Notes: a model not told the origin generated them from the sequence alone. Numbered from the stretch's first letter, positions 19,843 through 27,914 are shown. The stretch is 32,000 nt of DNA from Erysipelotrichaceae bacterium OH741_COT-311 (GCA_003858585.1 RQZE01000008.1:30001-62000), one strand, 5' to 3'. Translations and numbers: made by a program.

Positions 19843-21192
19843 TTATACCTTGATAAGATGTTCAATCTCCATAATAACTTTTTGAAATAATGGATTCTCT
19901 TTGATCTGTTTCTCAACTTTTTCACAGGCATTCATTACTGTTGAATGATCACGTTTTCCGAATTCATCCCCTATTTTTAAATATGGCAAATCTAAATGTT
20001 TACGTGATAAATACATAGCAATATGGCGTGCTGTGGCTACATTTTTCGTGCGTACCTTAGATGTAAGTTGCTGTTTTGTTAAACCATAGTAATCACAGAT
20101 AATCTTTTTTATAAAGTTAATGTTTAATTCCGTCTTTGTTTCCACAACTTGTCCTTTAAAAGCATCCATTGCCATGGCTAAATCAATTTTATTACGCACA
20201 CCTTTAAAATTAATGGAATAGAATAATAAACGAGTTAAAGCTCCTTCTAATGAACGAACATCCTTAGAGAAATTGGTTGCGATATAGGCTAAGGTATCTT
20301 CAGTAACGGTTTGTTTTAAATCTGTGTTATTGGTAAGTTTTGATTTTAAAATATTAATACTTGTTTCAAACTCCGGAGATTCAATATTTACATTTAAGCC
20401 AGAATTAAAACGTGAAATAATACGATCTTCAAGTCCTTGGATTTCACTAGGAATGCAATCACTTGTTAAACAGATTTGTTTACGGTTATTTACAAGTTCA
20501 TTAAACACACTAAAAAAGATTTCATGTGTCTTTTCTTTTCCGGCAATAAATTGAATGTCATCTACTAAAAGAAGGTCTAAATCATAGAGTTCTTTTTTAA
20601 ATTCATCAAGTTTATTGGCTTTTGAGGATTTAACTACACAGTCAACAAATTCTAAACCGGAGATTAATCCAATCTTTTTATCTGGAAACATCTTTTTTAC
20701 ATGATTGCCAATGGCATTGAGTAAGTGTGTTTTTCCAAGACCTGAATTACCATAGATAAACAATGGATTGTAAGTGGTACCTGGATTATTTGCACATGTA
20801 AAAGCTGCAACCTGACTTTGTACATTGGAATTACCGATGACGAAATTTTCAAATGTATAATCACTTTTTAATTTATTTTTTAGGAAGTATGTTTTTACTT
20901 CGTTTGATTTTTGAATGCCAAAATGTTCAAAATATTGATTTTTAATAAATACTTCACAGTGTATTGTTCCATTTACAATGCGACTGATGTGATCGTTAAT
21001 ACTTGCTAAATAGTTATTAACAATCGCTAAACCCATATTATTTTCAACGATGATAATGGCTTTATTGTTATTGATGCTGTGGATATATGAAGTTTGCAAG
21101 TATTGTAGTGAATACGAATCATTGATCTCAAGGTCTAATAATTCTGTTGTTTTATTCCAAATATCCAGCAGGTATCTCTCATTTGTAACCAT
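19843..21192 (-). CDS. dnaA: chromosomal replication initiator protein DnaA
   Basis: 449 aa with AAA+ Walker A GNSGLGKTHLLNAIGN, Walker B LLLVDDIQF and the domain IV signature ...ARHIAMYLSRKHLDLPYLKIGDEFGKRDHSTVMNA. Confidence 0.97.
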   Translation of the reverse strand: MVTNERYLLDIWNKTTELLDLEINDSYSLQYLQTSYIHSINNNKAIIIVENNMGLAIVNNYLASINDHISRIVNGTIHCEVFIKNQYFEHFGIQKSNEVKTYFLKNKLKSDYTFENFVIGNSNVQSQVAAFTCANNPGTTYNPLFIYGNSGLGKTHLLNAIGNHVKKMFPDKKIGLISGLEFVDCVVKSSKANKLDEFKKELYDLDLLLVDDIQFIAGKEKTHEIFFSVFNELVNNRKQICLTSDCIPSEIQGLEDRIISRFNSGLNVNIESPEFETSINILKSKLTNNTDLKQTVTEDTLAYIATNFSKDVRSLEGALTRLLFYSINFKGVRNKIDLAMAMDAFKGQVVETKTELNINFIKKIICDYYGLTKQQLTSKVRTKNVATARHIAMYLSRKHLDLPYLKIGDEFGKRDHSTVMNACEKVEKQIKENPLFQKVIMEIEHLIKV

Positions 21193-21278
21193 ATAGATTC
21201 CCCCCAGTACAACTATAATACATCATATTTATGGACTTGTATGATGAAAATAAATGTAAAAAAGTTTCACACAGTAAA

Positions 21279-21508
21279 TGTGGATAAAATAAGACTATAA
21301 AATCAATATTTTATATAGTTATCCACAATTATCCACAACTTTTGAAAAGTGTAAATCTTGTGGATAAATAAATCACAATCACATAATGTGTGGATTACGT
21401 GCATAAAATACAGGGTGTGAAAAACTATAAACAACTTATCCACCTAAGAAAAAACGATAGATGAGCAATTTTTTGTAGAAATGAATACTATCCACATTCT
21501 GTGGAAAA
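21279..21508. promoter_or_regulatory. oriC part 1: cluster of nine DnaA boxes upstream of dnaA
   Basis: Four boxes are perfect TTATCCACA: 21279-21287 (complement), 21319-21327, 21329-21337 and 21359-21367 (complement). Five have one mismatch: 21389-21397 (complement, TAATCCACA), 21436-21444 (TTATCCACC), 21488-21496 (CTATCCACA), 21500-21508 (complement, TTTTCCACA), with the last two forming a convergent pair. The two tandem perfect boxes start exactly 10 bp apart. Confidence 0.9.
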
Positions 21509-21577
21509 AAGTAAAAAAGGGATGTTTATAAGTTGTGTATAAGTAGTGGTATAATGTAGAAGATAAAGAGGTAAATT

Positions 21578-22330
21578 ATGAAAAAAGGAATGATTTTATT
21601 TATGGTAAGTATCTTAGTGGCTTGTACGTCAAATATAAAGGAAGAAACAACCATGCCTAAGGAAGAAACAATAACGACAATGACAACAACAATACAAACA
21701 ACCGGTGAAACGACAACTACACAAGAAATCATTGAAACAACAAAAGCTATGCAAAGTGAAAAGGATATTGATGATTACAATAGTATCTATGTCATCATTA
21801 ATAAACAAAGACCATTGCCGGAAAATTATGAACCAAGTGATTTAGTGATACCCAATGTGAGTTTGATGAAAGAATTGTATTTACGTAAGGAAGCAGCAAA
21901 AGCAATTGAAGAAATGTTTGAAGCAGCACTCAATGATGGAATAGAATTAAAAATTGGTAGTGGCTATCGTTCTTATGCATATCAAAGTCGTTTATATAGT
22001 AATTATGCAAAGCGTGATGGAGAAGAGGCGGCATCCCGTTATAGTTCTAAGCCGGGTCAATCGGAACATCAAACAGGTTTGGTGGTCGATCTTGCCGCAA
22101 GCAATGAGGTATGCTATTTAGAACAGTGTTTTGAAGATACAAAGGAAGCACAATGGCTATTTGAACATAGTTATAAATATGGGTTTGTTCTTCGTTATTT
22201 AAAAGATAAAGAAGACATTACGGGTTATATGTATGAACCATGGCATTATCGTTATATCGGAAAAGAAGAAGCTAAGAAGGTCTATGAAAGTGGATTAACG
22301 TTAGAGGAGTATTTTGGTTTAGTAGAATAA
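21578..22330 (+). CDS. D-alanyl-D-alanine carboxypeptidase, peptidase M15B (VanY-like), lipoprotein
   Basis: It has the lipobox MKKGMILFMVSILVAC, a Thr/Glu-rich linker, and M15 zinc/catalytic motifs SGYRSYAYQ, SEHQTGLVVDL and EPWHYRYIG. The SD is AAAGAGG, and an extended -10 (TGGTATAAT) lies at 21547-21555. Confidence 0.88.
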   Translation: MKKGMILFMVSILVACTSNIKEETTMPKEETITTMTTTIQTTGETTTTQEIIETTKAMQSEKDIDDYNSIYVIINKQRPLPENYEPSDLVIPNVSLMKELYLRKEAAKAIEEMFEAALNDGIELKIGSGYRSYAYQSRLYSNYAKRDGEEAASRYSSKPGQSEHQTGLVVDLAASNEVCYLEQCFEDTKEAQWLFEHSYKYGFVLRYLKDKEDITGYMYEPWHYRYIGKEEAKKVYESGLTLEEYFGLVE

Positions 22331-22334
22331 TTCC

Positions 22335-22363
22335 CTGTTGATTATTTATTAACAGAATTTTTA
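22335..22363 (+). terminator. terminator after the VanY-like gene
   Basis: CTGTTGAT-TATTT-ATTAACAG forms an 8-bp stem with one G-U pair, followed by AATTTTTAATT. Confidence 0.5.
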
Positions 22364-22477
22364 ATTGTATAAAAAAAGTTGAATTTTTAAAAATGAATTT
22401 TTATTCATTCTTTATCCAACTATTTATTTTATAAGATTTGTCTTGTTTTTTTATATTTTTGTATCAAATTAGATAAC

Positions 22478-22506
22478 TTGACAATTGTGTTATATTAATA
22501 TAGAAT
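22478..22506 (+). promoter_or_regulatory. rpmH operon promoter
   Basis: TTGACA (22478-22483), a 17-nt spacer, then TAGAAT (22501-22506). It lies about 50 nt upstream of rpmH. Confidence 0.7.
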
Positions 22507-22557
22507 AAAACAGCAATTGCTCATTATATTAAAAAATAGAACTGGAGGTGGCTCTTT

Positions 22558-22692
22558 ATGAAAAGAACTTATCAACCGAGCAAAAGAAAACACCAAAAAG
22601 TCCACGGTTTCAGAGCTAGAATGAAGACGGTCGGAGGCAGAAAAGTATTGGCACGTCGTCGCTTCAAAGGCAGAAAGACATTGTCGGCATAA
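22558..22692 (+). CDS. rpmH: 50S ribosomal protein L34 (missing from the ORF track because of its size)
   Basis: Hand translation: [44 protein letters not shown]. The SD GGAGGTG lies 7 nt upstream. It occupies the canonical position before rnpA. Confidence 0.97.
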   Translation: MKRTYQPSKRKHQKVHGFRARMKTVGGRKVLARRRFKGRKTLSA

Positions 22693-22717
22693 AAGTCACC
22701 GTAAGGTGGCTTTTTTC
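22692..22717 (+). terminator. intra-operon terminator/attenuator hairpin between rpmH and rnpA
   Basis: AAAGUCACC-GUAA-GGUGGCUUU forms a 9-bp stem with a GNRA loop, followed by a T-run (22711-22716). It ends 9 nt before the rnpA ATG, which lacks a clear SD. Confidence 0.6.
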
Positions 22718-22725
22718 TACTTTTC

Positions 22726-23058
22726 ATGAAAAAAAAGTATCGAATTAAAAAAAATGAAGAGTTCCAGGCTATTATTCATTTAAGACATTCTGTTGTTAAT
22801 AAGGCGTATGTCCTTTATTATTCTAAGAAAAAAGAGGAACATGGTCGATTAGGAATAAGTGTTTCAAAGAAGATGGGCAAAGCGAATGTTCGTAATAAAA
22901 TAAAAAGACAAGTCCGTATGATGGTTCAAGATATTATCAAGCAAGGGTTGTTGATGATGGATGTGATTTTGATTGTTCGTGCTCCATATTTACAACAATC
23001 CTATATAGATAATAAAAAAGACTTGGAAAGCTTAATTAAAAAAGTTAAAATAAAGTAG
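22726..23058 (+). CDS. rnpA: ribonuclease P protein component
   Basis: 110 aa, basic, with the RNR-type motif GISVSKKMGKANVRNKIKRQVR. Confidence 0.93.
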   Translation: MKKKYRIKKNEEFQAIIHLRHSVVNKAYVLYYSKKKEEHGRLGISVSKKMGKANVRNKIKRQVRMMVQDIIKQGLLMMDVILIVRAPYLQQSYIDNKKDLESLIKKVKIK

Positions 23059-23080
23059 TATTTTATAAGGAGAGAAGAAG

Positions 23081-23938
23081 ATGAATAAAAGAAAGATTAT
23101 TCTTTTGTTAGTAGTGTTAGGTAGCTTATTCCTACTTTCAGGATGTAGTGTTCCGCAAGAAAATGGAAAAATAATATTAATTACAGATCAAACAACATTT
23201 AGCTATATGATTAATAATGAAGGTTGGTTCAGTGCATTATTTGTATACCCATTGTCAAAAGCCATTAACTTTTTAGCACCACTTACAAATGTGGCGATTG
23301 CGATTGCAATTGTAACGATTATCATTAATGGTTTAATTTTACTGTTTACATTTAAAGCAACTATGGATCAACAAAAGATGCAGGCGTTACAACCTGAAAT
23401 CTTAAAGATTCAAAAGAAATATGAAGGAAAAACTGATCAACAAGCTAAGATGATGATGGGTCAAGAGATGCAAGCTGTTTATAATAAACATAATGTAAAT
23501 CCTCTTGGTTCCATTGCAGTTATGTTTTTACAATTTCCGGTGATTATTGCGATGTATCAATCTGTACAACGTGCAGAGTCAGTAAGTACAGGTACATTCT
23601 TAGGCTTATCTTTAGAACAAACTCCACTTAAGGGAATTCAAGGTGGTCAATACATGTATTTAGTAATCTTTATTGTAATGATTTTAACACAATTCATTGC
23701 GATGAAATTACCTCAATATTTATCAGAAAAGCGTGCTCGTGAAGTGGCTGAAAAAGCAGGTCGTCGTTATGAAAAACAAAAATTACCTGGTGGTAATATG
23801 ATGTATGGTATGATGGCAATTATTTCTGTCATTTCCATCAGTTGGCCAGCAGCGATGACGATTTATTGGATTATTTCTTCGGTTGTTAATGCAGGTAAGG
23901 CTGTCTTGGTTCAACATTTAATTAATAAGAATAGTTAA
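23081..23938 (+). CDS. yidC: membrane protein insertase YidC/SpoIIIJ (lipoprotein type)
   Basis: It has the lipobox LLLSGC, five hydrophobic helices and a basic C-terminal region. It occupies the conserved rnpA-yidC-jag order. Confidence 0.93.
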   Translation: MNKRKIILLLVVLGSLFLLSGCSVPQENGKIILITDQTTFSYMINNEGWFSALFVYPLSKAINFLAPLTNVAIAIAIVTIIINGLILLFTFKATMDQQKMQALQPEILKIQKKYEGKTDQQAKMMMGQEMQAVYNKHNVNPLGSIAVMFLQFPVIIAMYQSVQRAESVSTGTFLGLSLEQTPLKGIQGGQYMYLVIFIVMILTQFIAMKLPQYLSEKRAREVAEKAGRRYEKQKLPGGNMMYGMMAIISVISISWPAAMTIYWIISSVVNAGKAVLVQHLINKNS

Positions 23939-23948
23939 GGAGGTTACC

Positions 23949-24560
23949 ATGGAAAAATTCACAGGAAAAACATTGGATGATGTTTTAGCAAGTATTGCAA
24001 GAGAAAAGAATTGTGCATTAGAAGATATTACGTATAATATCTTAGAAGAAAAAAAGGGAATTTTAGGAATTGGTAGTTCAGTAACTGTTGAGGCATATTG
24101 TAAAGATGATATTAAAGAATTTATCTTTAATTATTTAGGTGAATTTTTTATGGAAATCAATCAACCGGTATCGGTTGAAATCATTGAAGAACCTAGTGGT
24201 TATAAAGTATTATTGGATTCAGAAAACAATGCGATTATTATTGGTAAAGCCGGTCAAACGTTACATGCGATTAATTTAGTTGTACGTAGTGCAGTAAATT
24301 CAACGTTTAAGAAGCGTGTTTCTATCTTAATTGATGTGAATAATTATAAAGAAGATCGTTATGCTAAGGTGAAACAATTAGCAAAGCGTGTTGCTCGTAA
24401 TGTGTTAAAGACAAAGATGGATGCTTCATTAGATCCAATGCCAAATGATGAGCGTAAAGTGATTCACCAACTTCTTACAGATTATAAGAATATTAAAACA
24501 GAATCTGAAGGAGAAGGTAGTAAACGTCATTTAGTGATTAAATATGTAGAACAAAAATAA
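23949..24560 (+). CDS. khpB: Jag/KhpB RNA-binding protein (Jag_N, KH and R3H domains)
   Basis: It has the N-terminal Jag_N sequence (MEKFTGKTLDDVL...), the KH-like IIGKAGQTLHAINLVV, and R3H ...ERKVIHQLLTDYKNIKTESEGEGSKRHLVI. Confidence 0.9.
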   Translation: MEKFTGKTLDDVLASIAREKNCALEDITYNILEEKKGILGIGSSVTVEAYCKDDIKEFIFNYLGEFFMEINQPVSVEIIEEPSGYKVLLDSENNAIIIGKAGQTLHAINLVVRSAVNSTFKKRVSILIDVNNYKEDRYAKVKQLAKRVARNVLKTKMDASLDPMPNDERKVIHQLLTDYKNIKTESEGEGSKRHLVIKYVEQK

Positions 24561-24582
24561 GACTTCTTTGAAGTCTTTTTTC
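24560..24582 (+). terminator. terminator after jag
   Basis: AGACTTC-TTT-GAAGTCT forms a 7-bp stem followed by TTTTT. It overlaps the jag stop codon. Confidence 0.6.
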
Positions 24583-24596
24583 AAAAAAGGAGTATT

Positions 24597-25271
24597 ATGA
24601 ATACATTAATCAAAAAGAAAAATAAACGTTGGATTATAATACATTATTTTTTATCCTTAAACATTGTATTGCCACTTCTATTAGGTCTATTTATTAAAGA
24701 TTCTCAAGTAGTGTCATATCTATTATATGTTGGATATTTTATATATATTCTAGTGGTTTGTAAGGACTATCTCATTGATTTATTTCGTTACATTTCAAAT
24801 TATTTTTTAGGGTTATTAGGAAGAAGTGCAATAAGGTATCCTGTCTTGTTTCTTAGTGCGCTTATCTCATCCATTTTAGTAAGTGCATTATTAGATAATC
24901 AAGTTGTAAACAATCAAGATGTTATTCAAGATATGATTTACAATAATGCTGTATTTGGATTCTTTCTGGTGTGTATATTTGCCCCATTAGTGGAAGAGAT
25001 TATCTTTCGTTCGATTATCTTTCAAGGTCTTAAAGACAAATACAATCGTAGTATTGCTTATATTGTTTCCTCGCTATTTTTTGGCTTCTTACACATCGTA
25101 GTAATTTTAGTACAAAAAGAGTATTACATTGCATTAGTATCTATGATTCCTTATGCAGCAATGGGCTTTGTCTTGGCTTATTTCTATGAAAAAGAACAAC
25201 ATGTTGCTGGAAGTTATTTGTTACATTTTATACAAAATACAATTGGTTTTTTATTAATATTGAATTTATAA
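24597..25271 (+). CDS. CPBP-family intramembrane glutamic endopeptidase (CAAX protease / Abi family)
   Basis: A polytopic membrane protein with the diagnostic motifs EEIIFRSIIFQG (EExxxR) and FGFLH (FxxxH). Confidence 0.85.
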   Translation: MNTLIKKKNKRWIIIHYFLSLNIVLPLLLGLFIKDSQVVSYLLYVGYFIYILVVCKDYLIDLFRYISNYFLGLLGRSAIRYPVLFLSALISSILVSALLDNQVVNNQDVIQDMIYNNAVFGFFLVCIFAPLVEEIIFRSIIFQGLKDKYNRSIAYIVSSLFFGFLHIVVILVQKEYYIALVSMIPYAAMGFVLAYFYEKEQHVAGSYLLHFIQNTIGFLLILNL

Positions 25272-25279
25272 AAATTGAT

Positions 25280-25318
25280 ATACTCTCTTTACTGGTAAGC
25301 AGAAAAGAGAGTATTTTT
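25280..25318 (+). terminator. rho-independent terminator after the CPBP gene
   Basis: ATACTCTCTTT (25280-25290) pairs perfectly with AAAGAGAGTAT (25304-25314) around a 13-nt loop, followed by TTTT. Confidence 0.7.
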
Positions 25319-25345
25319 CATTGTTTAAACTACATGAAAAGATGC

Positions 25346-25376
25346 TTGACCTGTCCATTTGGGACCATGTTAGTAT
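25346..25376 (+). promoter_or_regulatory. MerR-type promoter with a 19-bp spacer in front of the MerR-family gene
   Basis: TTGACC (25346-25351), a 19-nt spacer TGTCCATTTGGGACCATGT, then TAGTAT (25371-25376). An imperfect dyad GTCC-N5-GGAC (25353-25365) sits near the spacer centre. Confidence 0.45.
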
Positions 25377-25394
25377 TTGGTTAAGGAGGACGAT

Positions 25395-26249
25395 ATGTTA
25401 AGAAATGAAATACAAGAAAAAACAGGTTTAACAAGAAAAGCACTTGAATACTATGAAGAAAAAGGATTTATCAAACCAGAAAAGATGGAAAATGGCTATC
25501 GTAATTATAGTGAAGAGGATTTACATTGTCTAAAAACTATCATGATGTATAAGAAACTTGGCTTATCGATTAAGGATATAGAAACAATACTATATCAACA
25601 AACCTCATTAGGCTCTTTACTTAGAAAGAAACAGTTTTATATGCAACAAGAGGAAGAAAGAATTAAGCTTCTGGAACAACTTGTAAAAGATAACAATACA
25701 GCAGAGGTTATGAAACAAGTATCCTATCTTACTCAACAAGAAACGATTTATGAAAAGCTAACAGGTATCTTTCCGGGATATTTTGGTCAATTACTATTTT
25801 CATCGTATCAACCATTTTTTAATAAACCTTTAAAACAAGAACAAGAAGATGCGTTTTATCGTCTTGTAGAGTATTTAGATGCATTACCATCTTTCAAATT
25901 AAGTAAAAAGGAACAAGATTATCTGGAAGAAGTAACTGCATCAATGGATTATTCCATGTTAAAGGAGATTCAAACTTCTAAAATGAATGCCATTCAAGAC
26001 TATACAACATGGAACAAGAAACATCAAGAAGAAATAAAACAATATGAGACATTTAAAAATAGCGAAGAGTATCAAACAAGTCTTATAAAACAAATACAAG
26101 AAAAATTAAAAAAATATATGATAGAGCACAAGTATTATGAAATTGCGATACCACTTATACGTTCCTTTAGCAAAGCGTATGATGACTATTATGAGCAATT
26201 ACAAAAAGCAAACGAACATTATCTTAATCATTTATCATTAAAAAAGTAA
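25395..26249 (+). CDS. MerR-family transcriptional regulator with a long (about 210 aa) uncharacterised C-terminal domain
   Basis: The N-terminal winged-HTH is ...IQEKTGLTRKALEYYEEKGFIKPEKMENGYRNYSEEDLHCLKTIMMYKKLGLSIKDI. The track start at 25377 is TTG. The ATG at 25395 lies 5 nt after the SD AAGGAGG (25383-25389) and is preferred. Confidence 0.85.
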   Translation: MLRNEIQEKTGLTRKALEYYEEKGFIKPEKMENGYRNYSEEDLHCLKTIMMYKKLGLSIKDIETILYQQTSLGSLLRKKQFYMQQEEERIKLLEQLVKDNNTAEVMKQVSYLTQQETIYEKLTGIFPGYFGQLLFSSYQPFFNKPLKQEQEDAFYRLVEYLDALPSFKLSKKEQDYLEEVTASMDYSMLKEIQTSKMNAIQDYTTWNKKHQEEIKQYETFKNSEEYQTSLIKQIQEKLKKYMIEHKYYEIAIPLIRSFSKAYDDYYEQLQKANEHYLNHLSLKK

Positions 26250-26268
26250 ATCTCAGGATTTACTTTTT
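26241..26268. terminator. bidirectional terminator between convergent genes
   Basis: AAAAAGTAAATC-TCAG-GATTTACTTTTT forms a perfect 12-bp stem with A/T runs serving both strands. It includes the MerR gene stop. Confidence 0.75.
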
Positions 26269-26274
26269 ATTTAG

Positions 26275-26940
26275 TTATTCTACAATGACAATTCGATAGA
26301 TTTTATTCAATTGTATAGGGATAGAGGATTCCGGTTGTGTATGTTGCATAGATCCATCAAAATGAACATGAACCTTTTTACCAACTAATGTATGTGAATC
26401 GAATTCTTTTTTATCTTCCTTGCTTATTATATAGTCACTTGATAAAGAGATGGGTTTGATATGTTCGATAGAACTAGGAAACAGAAATTGAAAATCTTCA
26501 GGCAACTCCGTGATTTTTACAAGCAGGGTATCGTTTGTTGTTTCTAATACTTCGGCTTGAAAGTTGGCGACAAAATCAGGTATTTCTAAGGATTTTTTAT
26601 CAATTCTTACAAAAGCAACCCATTTATGATCTAGTTTGACATTGATGTAACCATCATTCCAGATTTGATATTCATAGCCTGTACCAAAATTAGATTGATT
26701 ATCTTTCGTAGGTAATTCATTGAGATTGACGGAGCTGTTAATCATATTATCAGCAGTACCACAAGTAACTAAATTATTGATGTAACCACTGTCTTGATAG
26801 AGAGTACCATCAATCATAATGGTAGGGGGATAGGCAGATTCAATTGCTTGGCTAGAAGTTATTGTTTGATGTTTTATGTTACAACCGACAAGGAAACATA
26901 AAGGAAGTAGGAAATGTAGAAAACGATTTATCTTATTCAT
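26275..26940 (-). CDS. lipoprotein of unknown function (the only head-on gene on the right arm)
   Basis: The preferred start is the ATG at 26940, 6 nt after the SD AGGAGG, giving MNKINRFLHFLLPLCFLVGC (signal peptide plus lipobox). The track's longer N-terminus (from 26982) would include a likely TATAAT promoter element. Confidence 0.65.
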   Translation of the reverse strand: MNKINRFLHFLLPLCFLVGCNIKHQTITSSQAIESAYPPTIMIDGTLYQDSGYINNLVTCGTADNMINSSVNLNELPTKDNQSNFGTGYEYQIWNDGYINVKLDHKWVAFVRIDKKSLEIPDFVANFQAEVLETTNDTLLVKITELPEDFQFLFPSSIEHIKPISLSSDYIISKEDKKEFDSHTLVGKKVHVHFDGSMQHTQPESSIPIQLNKIYRIVIVE

Positions 26941-27164
26941 GCAATACCTCCTATCTATTTTCATTATACCTTTTCCTTTCATGTTTGATTCATGTTTCTG
27001 TGTTATGTTTTAGTAGATCCTTCTTTTTGATGTAGCTTAAGTTAAGATTTTGGTGTATCGTAAAGTATCGATGGATGACAAATAGGCAAGTCATAAAAAG
27101 GATGGTATAATTATTAAATCAATTATATATTTGGTATAATAGTAATGTTTACAAGGAGGTTTCT

Positions 27165-27914
27165 ATGGATTATTTATTAATGTTTTTTGGTTTTTCTTTT
27201 ACGGTATTTATGGCATATCAAATCTTTACGATGGTTGCCCGTAATAAGAAAAATGTAAGATATATGAAAGTAATTAACAATATGGAAAATGAAGCAGAGT
27301 TTTTTCCAACGGTGGATGCGTATATCAGTAGCATTCATGATCATGAGTTTCGTAATAAAGCGTTGATTATTAAGCTTTGGAGTGTTATTTATTTTGATCG
27401 CATGGATGATTTTAAAAGTGTATGCAATGAAATTGATTTAAAGCCTTTAATGTATCGTCAAGGTAAGATTGATTATAAAATCATTGCGTATGATGAAGAT
27501 GCGTATTTCTATTTATTATTTATGAGTAATATTGCTTTATATAGTAAGGGTGATTTTGATTCGTTAAAACGTATTGAAGAGAAAGTAAGTCCATATCATG
27601 ATGTATTAAAGGATCAATTGTTTCATCAAATTTATATGGAATCATTAAAGTTATATTACAATCAGGATGATTTAGGGAAAGAGTTCTTTGTTAAGGTGTT
27701 AAGTGGAGAGTATGAAGGTCGATATTTTAAGCATTACATTGGATTATATAAAAATGTGGTGGCTTGTTTCTTGGCAAAGATTAGTATTCTTACCAATGAG
27801 TTTCGTCATGATGAAATGATTAAGTCTCAGCTAACAACGTTTAAGGATTCAAAACTTGGAAATCGTATCATGACGTATCTTGATTTACATGGTCGTTATG
27901 GAGATGTTAAGTAG
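27165..27914 (+). CDS. membrane-anchored protein of unknown function (one N-terminal TM helix plus an apparently helical soluble domain)
   Basis: 249-aa ORF with SD AAGGAGG. The N-terminus MDYLLMFFGFSFTVFMAYQIFTMV is hydrophobic. Its stop TAG is immediately followed by the pth ATG (27912-27917). I recognise no family. Confidence 0.6.
   Translation: MDYLLMFFGFSFTVFMAYQIFTMVARNKKNVRYMKVINNMENEAEFFPTVDAYISSIHDHEFRNKALIIKLWSVIYFDRMDDFKSVCNEIDLKPLMYRQGKIDYKIIAYDEDAYFYLLFMSNIALYSKGDFDSLKRIEEKVSPYHDVLKDQLFHQIYMESLKLYYNQDDLGKEFFVKVLSGEYEGRYFKHYIGLYKNVVACFLAKISILTNEFRHDEMIKSQLTTFKDSKLGNRIMTYLDLHGRYGDVK

Noticed and set aside
21526-21732. A 68-aa minus-strand ORF rich in Val/Ile (VVVVSPVVCIVVVIVVIV...).
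   Set aside because: It is the antisense shadow of the Thr-rich (ACN codon) linker of the VanY-like lipoprotein. It also runs through that gene's promoter and SD and has no SD of its own.
21640-21735. A Thr/Glu-rich repetitive coding stretch (EETTMPKEETITTMTTTIQTTGETTTTQEIIETTK) as a possible tandem-repeat or contingency locus.
   Set aside because: It is not a perfect nucleotide tandem repeat. It looks like an ordinary low-complexity linker between the lipid anchor and the catalytic domain of a lipoprotein.
26989-27075. Short direct repeats TTCATGTTT (twice, about 26989-27010) and GTATCG-TAAA-GTATCG (about 27055-27070) in the divergent intergenic region.
   Set aside because: They are only 6-9 nt long in AT-rich promoter DNA. 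That is within chance expectation, and they have no dyad symmetry or positional logic relative to the promoters.
27103-27140. Tandem identical TGGTATAAT elements, and the same 9-mer at 21547-21555 and upstream of dnaX, as a possible special repeat.
   Set aside because: TGnTATAAT is simply the extended -10 consensus of low-GC Firmicutes. Its recurrence at promoters is expected and does not indicate a repeat family.
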